Origin: Mantamonas sphyraenae STR306
Taxonomy: Eukaryota > Protista > CRuMs
DNA length: 64,000 bases
Assembly: GCA_026936335.1 (NCBI GenBank)
Contig: JAPMXV010000043.1
Span: forward strand, 186,001 to 250,000
Direction: 5' to 3'
Positions 59,184 through 64,000 of this stretch are shown here, in pieces; position 1 is the first letter of the stretch, and the number at the start of each line of letters is the position of its first letter. The translations under genes and the position numbers were made by a program. The notes under the pieces are model-generated. The model made no database searches. It was not told where the DNA came from and saw nothing but the letters and a program-made list of their open reading frames with translations.

Positions 59184-60383
59184 TCACACACCCACCTGCA
59201 CAGTCACATGCGTGAACCCGAGTTCCTTGAGAGCCTTGCAGGCTTCGCTCTGTACACGCATCAAGTCCATGATGGTCTGGTTCTCGCGCGACGGGGTCTG
59301 CACCTCCTTGTGGTGCATCTTGACGTCTCGGGTCTCGCTGGTGCGCTCACGCACGTCCAGATGAGCACTCACGGCCATGCTATCGACCGTAATGGACCAC
59401 AGGTGCATGTTGCGCACTGCATGGACGCCCGCAATGCCCTTGAGAGCGTCGTGCGCCTCGTCGTACAAACCCAACGACGGGCTGGTTTCCATCAGCATGA
59501 CGGTGCTGTCGCGCAGCAGACGCACACTGGTCAACAACACCAGCAGTGCAAACACGATCGAGATGATGGGGTCGATCAACGACACCCCTGTGAGCCACAT
59601 GGCCAGGCCAGCCACAATCACGCCCACACTGCCGATGACGTCTCCCAACACGTGCAGGTATGCCGCACGCACATTGATATTGTGTTCATGGTCGCCATGC
59701 AGCAGCTTGGCCATCACCAGGTTCACCACCAGACCCACAATCGCCACAATAAACACAAACTCGCCCTCGATTTGTCGTGGCGTCATGATGCGTTGCACTC
59801 CCTCGTACAACATTGCAATGCTCAGCAGCACAATCAAGATGCCGTTCAGCAACGCTGCAATCGGCTCTGCTCGCTGGTACCCAAACGTGAACCTTCGATT
59901 CGGCCGCTTCTTGCCCAGCCAAATGGCCATCAGTGACAGCCCAATCGAGAACAGATCTGTGAGCATGTGTGCCGCGTCCGTCATCAATGCCAAAGAGCCG
60001 CTATACAGGCTCGCGGCCGTTTCCAGGATGACGAAAAGCACCACAATTCCGAAACACATTTGCAAACGGGCTTTTGGCTGGTTGCGGAACCCGTGTCCAT
60101 GACCATGTCCATGCCCGTGCCCGTGGCCATGCCCATGCCCGTGCCCGTGCCCGTGGCTGTGTCCGTGGCTGTGTCCGTGGCTGTGTCCATGGCTATGATT
60201 GGAGCCGTGGCTGTGGCTACGCGTGCGAATCAGGCCTTCCCGCTCGGTGTCTCCTGCGTTCACGCTGTTTTCTTCCTCCTCCACATCCATTGCGCCCACC
60301 TCCACGTCCAGGTCGGCATCTGCAAACTCATCAATGGGCATTAGGTCCTCTGGGTCTGCGTTTACGCTCTCGTACTTGTGCAT
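59184..60383 (-). CDS. Cation diffusion facilitator (SLC30/ZnT-type Zn2+ transporter) with His-rich N-terminus
   Basis: Motifs SLALMTDAAHMLTD, FTFGYQRAE, NINVRAAYLHVLGD, IDPIIS, MHLWSIT, HVTVQ; 399 aa from ATG 60383. Confidence 0.93.
   Translation of the reverse strand: MHKYESVNADPEDLMPIDEFADADLDVEVGAMDVEEEENSVNAGDTEREGLIRTRSHSHGSNHSHGHSHGHSHGHSHGHGHGHGHGHGHGHGHGHGHGFRNQPKARLQMCFGIVVLFVILETAASLYSGSLALMTDAAHMLTDLFSIGLSLMAIWLGKKRPNRRFTFGYQRAEPIAALLNGILIVLLSIAMLYEGVQRIMTPRQIEGEFVFIVAIVGLVVNLVMAKLLHGDHEHNINVRAAYLHVLGDVIGSVGVIVAGLAMWLTGVSLIDPIISIVFALLVLLTSVRLLRDSTVMLMETSPSLGLYDEAHDALKGIAGVHAVRNMHLWSITVDSMAVSAHLDVRERTSETRDVKMHHKEVQTPSRENQTIMDLMRVQSEACKALKELGFTHVTVQVGV
60092..60218 (-). repeat. Coding tandem repeat (His-Gly/His-Ser)n of the CDF transporter
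   Basis: Hexamer units such as CACGGC/CATGGA/CACAGC encode HSHG..(HG)n. Confidence 0.9.
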
Positions 60384-60464
60384 GATGCCCTGGGATCCGC
60401 GAAAACCAGACTTGGCCCCGACCGCGTGCCCCGCTCCATCATCCGCAAACTGCGTGCATTCATG

Positions 60465-60485
60465 CACACACACACACACACACAC
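60465..60485. repeat. (CA)n microsatellite in the divergent CDF/EPG5 spacer
   Basis: cacacacacacacacacacac. Confidence 0.85.
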
Positions 60486-60565
60486 CGTAGCAGCAGTTTC
60501 CACCGGATGCAACTCGCATCCTCGCTGGTGCGTCGCGCTCGTGCGCCAGCTCCACCAAAAGACGA

Positions 60566-63500
60566 ATGGAGGCGGTGCGGCCAAAGACAAAGACACGCCC
60601 CAAAGGCAAGGGCAAGGCCAAGGGCAAGGGCAAGGCCAAGACCAGCACACAAAGCAATGAGAACCCTTCCTCCAGTTCCAGCTCCGTGGCCCCGGCCCAA
60701 GAGCACATTGGACCGCTGCTGGCCAACGACGAAGCAGCCGCCGCCATTCTTCCGCACTCTCCAGGCTCAACGTCCCGCGACGGCGCCAGCGACGGCAATG
60801 CGCACACGGATGCATCGCCGCACGCTCATGTACAGATAGAAACGGATGTAGAGGACGATACAGACAGTCACTGGGCAGACATCGCCCTGGAGGAAGCCAG
60901 TGGCTCAGCTGCACACGTGGCGGCGGAAGACGCCCAGACCAGTCAACAGGACCAGGAGTCCAGCAACACAGATACATACGACACCGCATACAGTGCACTC
61001 GACGACACAGCTGGTCCATCCACCGACACATCAACCAGCGTGTCCTCTCCCGCCCCCGTGCAGATCACAACCGTGGACACCGCCTCGTCGTCAACAACGC
61101 ATGCCACACCCGTGGCACAGGAGGGCCCCAGCACCAATGTACAGGCACCGCCTTTGTATCCAGAGTTGAAGGCGGCGGGAGCGGTGGCGACGACGTCCGC
61201 TACACGTCCCGCAAACACAGTCGTTGCTGTGCCCGTCGACACAGACATGCCCAGCGTACCCACCGATGTACAGGAAGAAGAGTCGCAGGAACGGCTGCGC
61301 TACTTCAACGCCCAGCTCAGCGAACACGAGCAGCAAATTCTGCAGTTCATGGTAGCTCTGGAAGACCCCGAACACGTAAACGGCCCCTTTTACAAGCTGC
61401 TCCAGGAGTACGAACAGGCAGAGTTTCGCATGCATACGGCCACTGCCCACTCTGCCGAACTACAGGAGGTGTGTCGCTCCCAGGCCGAACAGCTGTGGTC
61501 CACGAAGCATCACACCAAAACCGAAGCCAAGCGCTGCGGCGACAACAACGTCGTCAACTTTACGCTCGAGTGGGACACTGCGCACCTGGAGCAATCTGCT
61601 GTCGATGCCTTGGCCATTGCCCTGTCCAATGTGCGCGACAACACCTCCCAGCAGCTCACGGGCAGGCTTTACCATGCCAAACTCGCGTACATCAAAGTCG
61701 AGCTCTTCCTGCAGCAGGAGTTTGCACGCACTCGTCACCTCTACGATACTTTTGGCTACGAACAGCCCGTAGCCATGCTTGCGAACCGTTCCAGCGTGTT
61801 CGAAGCCCCTGTCGAACGCCTCCGCCACTACATCGACGTCCTCTGCTACTTTCATCGCAAAAAGGTGGGCAATGCTTCGGCTACAAATGCCTTTTACAAG
61901 AGTCTGCAGCACTGGACCGACCAGGTTGTGGCTGCCCTCCTGCGCTGCGCCACCCCGGCTGATCACCGATTCCTCCTCACCCATCTCATGCACCTCGACC
62001 AGTCTGCCGTTTGGGCTACGCACTACATCCAATTCACTGGCGAGTGGGACCCGCTCCAGGTCGATCACTTTATTGCCATGCTGTGGATCCTGCTGCGGCC
62101 AACCTCAACCAACAACGCCGCCCTCCTCGGCTCTCAGCAGCTCAAGCAGACCTTTGAAACACTTGCAAATGCTCTCAGCGAAGCAGAGGCTCCCTCTCGT
62201 GACGGTTGGGTGTTTATCGACGAAGCAGAGGCGCCTCCGCTAGACACCGACGACGGATGGTCCTCCTCCTCCTCGTCCGGGGCCGCAAAGACCCCTTCCG
62301 ACCGCACCGCCGTGGACAACGAAGACACAATGGTGGCATTCTTCACGCAGTTTCCCTTTGTGCCCTTTTTCAACCACATTTTCGACGAGACGAGCACGGA
62401 GCTCGACAGCCAGTTGCAAGTGTTTTCCCTCGGCTCGTTCCTTTTGCGCATTCTCTCGTCCGTGTTTGTCAACTACGGGCGCTACCGTCGATTTGTGCGC
62501 ATTGCTGGCAAGACGGTGTGTATGCTGGTGCAACACGTGAGCGTGTGGTGCAATCGCGTGTTTGGCGCCGCGTACAACGCTGGCGTCGCTGTGTCGCCCC
62601 GCATCCAACGTGAGCTCAACCAATTTTGCGGGTTGGCCGTTCAGTTCCTGTTGGGCTCCAAGGAAATGGGCGTGTGGCAATTCCTGTCCGATCTGCCATA
62701 CCAGCATGTCAGCGGCCACTCCGCTTGGCTCATGCTTTTCCTCATGGTGTGTGGACGCCCACGCAGGGGCATGCAAGTGCCCTCTAGCAAGACCGAATGG
62801 GACGATATGATGGACGACGACCACATGCGCCGAGTTCAGTTTGCCAAGCGGCTCGAGTCCAGCAAAGAGGCCCCTTTCCTGCTGATGGCCATCTCCGCGC
62901 TCGCCTCGGCCCAATTCAGCAATGTGGACCTGTGTCGCGTCGTCGTCCAAGAGCTGTTTTACCCTTGCTACGTGCATCCTTCCTCCCGCGACCTCTTCTA
63001 CAAACAGGGTCGCGACCTGCTTGACCCGATTTGCCGCGTGCGCCCAGCCCTGATCTCCGACCTGCTGCAGGCCGCCGACACGCATATGGACCGCGTCGGC
63101 AGGATATCCATGCACATGTTCAAAGGCCTGCCTATGGAACTGTGGCGCCCCACCGAGGCTCACATCGACCTGCTTGGCACCTGGTTGCGCAAAGGCCTTG
63201 ATTCAGACGCGCACGCCGTTGCACGCTGCGTACTCGACGCCCTCGACTACAGCATCGACAACAGCGTCGAAGACGGTGCTGTGTACGACACGCTCACGGG
63301 TGTCCAGCAGGACCAGCTTCTGAACCGACATCTGGACGAGTCGCACCACGCCTTTCTGGGCCACAATGTTCACCTTCGCATTGCCCTACAATTGGCAGAG
63401 TCTGTGCGATTCCACATGTCCATGGCCAGCATGCTGACTTCGCTCAGTGGCAGTTGGTCGTCTGTGCACGCCTTTTCCGAATGGGCTTGGAAACTGGCCA

Positions 63501-64000
63501 GCAAACTGTACCTGACGTCGTACATGCGCACCCTCCAGCCCATGGACGTGTTCAAGGAGCCTTCCATGGGCGACATGGTCCAGATGCTCGACAGCGACAG
63601 GCCAGTGGCCAATGGTCTCGTTGCCTACCTGCTACTGCGCATCTCCACCGTCGGCGTCGACCCGGCGCTGTTTTCCAAGCATGGATGGCGTCTGTTGCAA
63701 CTCATGGTGTACGAAGCCACCCATCAGGACGCGTGGTGCCGTGTACTCTATCACATGCTGCCCACTCTCATGGCCAGTCCTGAACTCGACGCCGTCAGCG
63801 CGGCAAACGCATCCTCCTCCTCCTCCTCGTCTTCCACGCGCGGCCCTTCTACAGACACAGCAGACGCGCCGTCTTTGGACACAGATGCACACCCTACGCT
63901 GACCCAGCTGCTTACGGGGCTGTTCTACGCCGATCAGAGCATGGAAGCAAGCGCCACGGGCATCTACAATGCGTTCACAGGCACGCGAGACAAGGTGGGT
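60566..64000 (+). CDS. EPG5: EPG5 autophagosome-lysosome tether; 3' end beyond window
   Basis: Open frame from ATG 60566 to the window end, not in the ORF track because it has no stop. Motifs MEAVRPK, PPLYPEL, FYKLLQEY, QLWS..CGDNN, LRHYIDVLCYFHRK, WTDQVVAALLRCATPADHRFLLTHL..WATHYIQ, GVWQFLSDLPY resemble animal EPG5. Confidence 0.85.
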   Translation, partial: MEAVRPKTKTRPKGKGKAKGKGKAKTSTQSNENPSSSSSSVAPAQEHIGPLLANDEAAAAILPHSPGSTSRDGASDGNAHTDASPHAHVQIETDVEDDTDSHWADIALEEASGSAAHVAAEDAQTSQQDQESSNTDTYDTAYSALDDTAGPSTDTSTSVSSPAPVQITTVDTASSSTTHATPVAQEGPSTNVQAPPLYPELKAAGAVATTSATRPANTVVAVPVDTDMPSVPTDVQEEESQERLRYFNAQLSEHEQQILQFMVALEDPEHVNGPFYKLLQEYEQAEFRMHTATAHSAELQEVCRSQAEQLWSTKHHTKTEAKRCGDNNVVNFTLEWDTAHLEQSAVDALAIALSNVRDNTSQQLTGRLYHAKLAYIKVELFLQQEFARTRHLYDTFGYEQPVAMLANRSSVFEAPVERLRHYIDVLCYFHRKKVGNASATNAFYKSLQHWTDQVVAALLRCATPADHRFLLTHLMHLDQSAVWATHYIQFTGEWDPLQVDHFIAMLWILLRPTSTNNAALLGSQQLKQTFETLANALSEAEAPSRDGWVFIDEAEAPPLDTDDGWSSSSSSGAAKTPSDRTAVDNEDTMVAFFTQFPFVPFFNHIFDETSTELDSQLQVFSLGSFLLRILSSVFVNYGRYRRFVRIAGKTVCMLVQHVSVWCNRVFGAAYNAGVAVSPRIQRELNQFCGLAVQFLLGSKEMGVWQFLSDLPYQHVSGHSAWLMLFLMVCGRPRRGMQVPSSKTEWDDMMDDDHMRRVQFAKRLESSKEAPFLLMAISALASAQFSNVDLCRVVVQELFYPCYVHPSSRDLFYKQGRDLLDPICRVRPALISDLLQAADTHMDRVGRISMHMFKGLPMELWRPTEAHIDLLGTWLRKGLDSDAHAVARCVLDALDYSIDNSVEDGAVYDTLTGVQQDQLLNRHLDESHHAFLGHNVHLRIALQLAESVRFHMSMASMLTSLSGSWSSVHAFSEWAWKLASKLYLTSYMRTLQPMDVFKEPSMGDMVQMLDSDRPVANGLVAYLLLRISTVGVDPALFSKHGWRLLQLMVYEATHQDAWCRVLYHMLPTLMASPELDAVSAANASSSSSSSSTRGPSTDTADAPSLDTDAHPTLTQLLTGLFYADQSMEASATGIYNAFTGTRDKVG

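Noticed and set aside
60384-61034. N-terminal 217 aa of the 616-aa CDF ORF
   Set aside because: It spans a CA microsatellite and is antisense to the EPG5 start; ATG 60383 gives a normal-sized CDF.

Overview
Gene-dense, GC-rich nuclear DNA from a microbial eukaryote using the standard code; the protist assignment is inferred from gene content. I can build 18 protein-coding genes with about 27 canonical GT-AG introns (76-346 nt), all near gene 5' ends. Intergenic spacers are mostly only 20-200 bp. In order: (1) a giant >3,800-aa surface protein (ConA-like + filamin-type Ig repeats + Cys-rich + multi-TM) that runs off the left edge and is absent from the ORF track; (2) SAC3/GANP; (3) a cytochrome P450; (4) a Kizuna-like/SBF2-like/pseudo-RhoGAP protein; (5) a secreted His-brace LPMO-like protein; (6) a neurobeachin-N-terminus + STAND ATPase + TPR protein; (7) an SLC12 cotransporter; (8) RMP64/NEPRO; (9) a STARD3-like protein; (10) an IP3 receptor with an inserted PH domain; (11) RPP30; (12) an OCA6-like pseudophosphatase; (13) SWI5; (14) PCID2; (15) PCNA; (16) a Sec23-type Zn-finger/vWA protein; (17) a CDF zinc transporter; (18) EPG5, which runs off the right edge. 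Five, possibly six, genes carry single frameshifts that are most simply assembly indels. The most novel-looking items are the BEACH-scaffold/STAND-TPR (NLR-like) fusion, the PH-containing IP3R, the LPMO-like propeller protein, and a perfect double-E2F palindrome in the PCNA intron. I recognised no tRNA, rRNA, CRISPR array or transposon. All domain calls come from reading motifs by eye, not from database searches.
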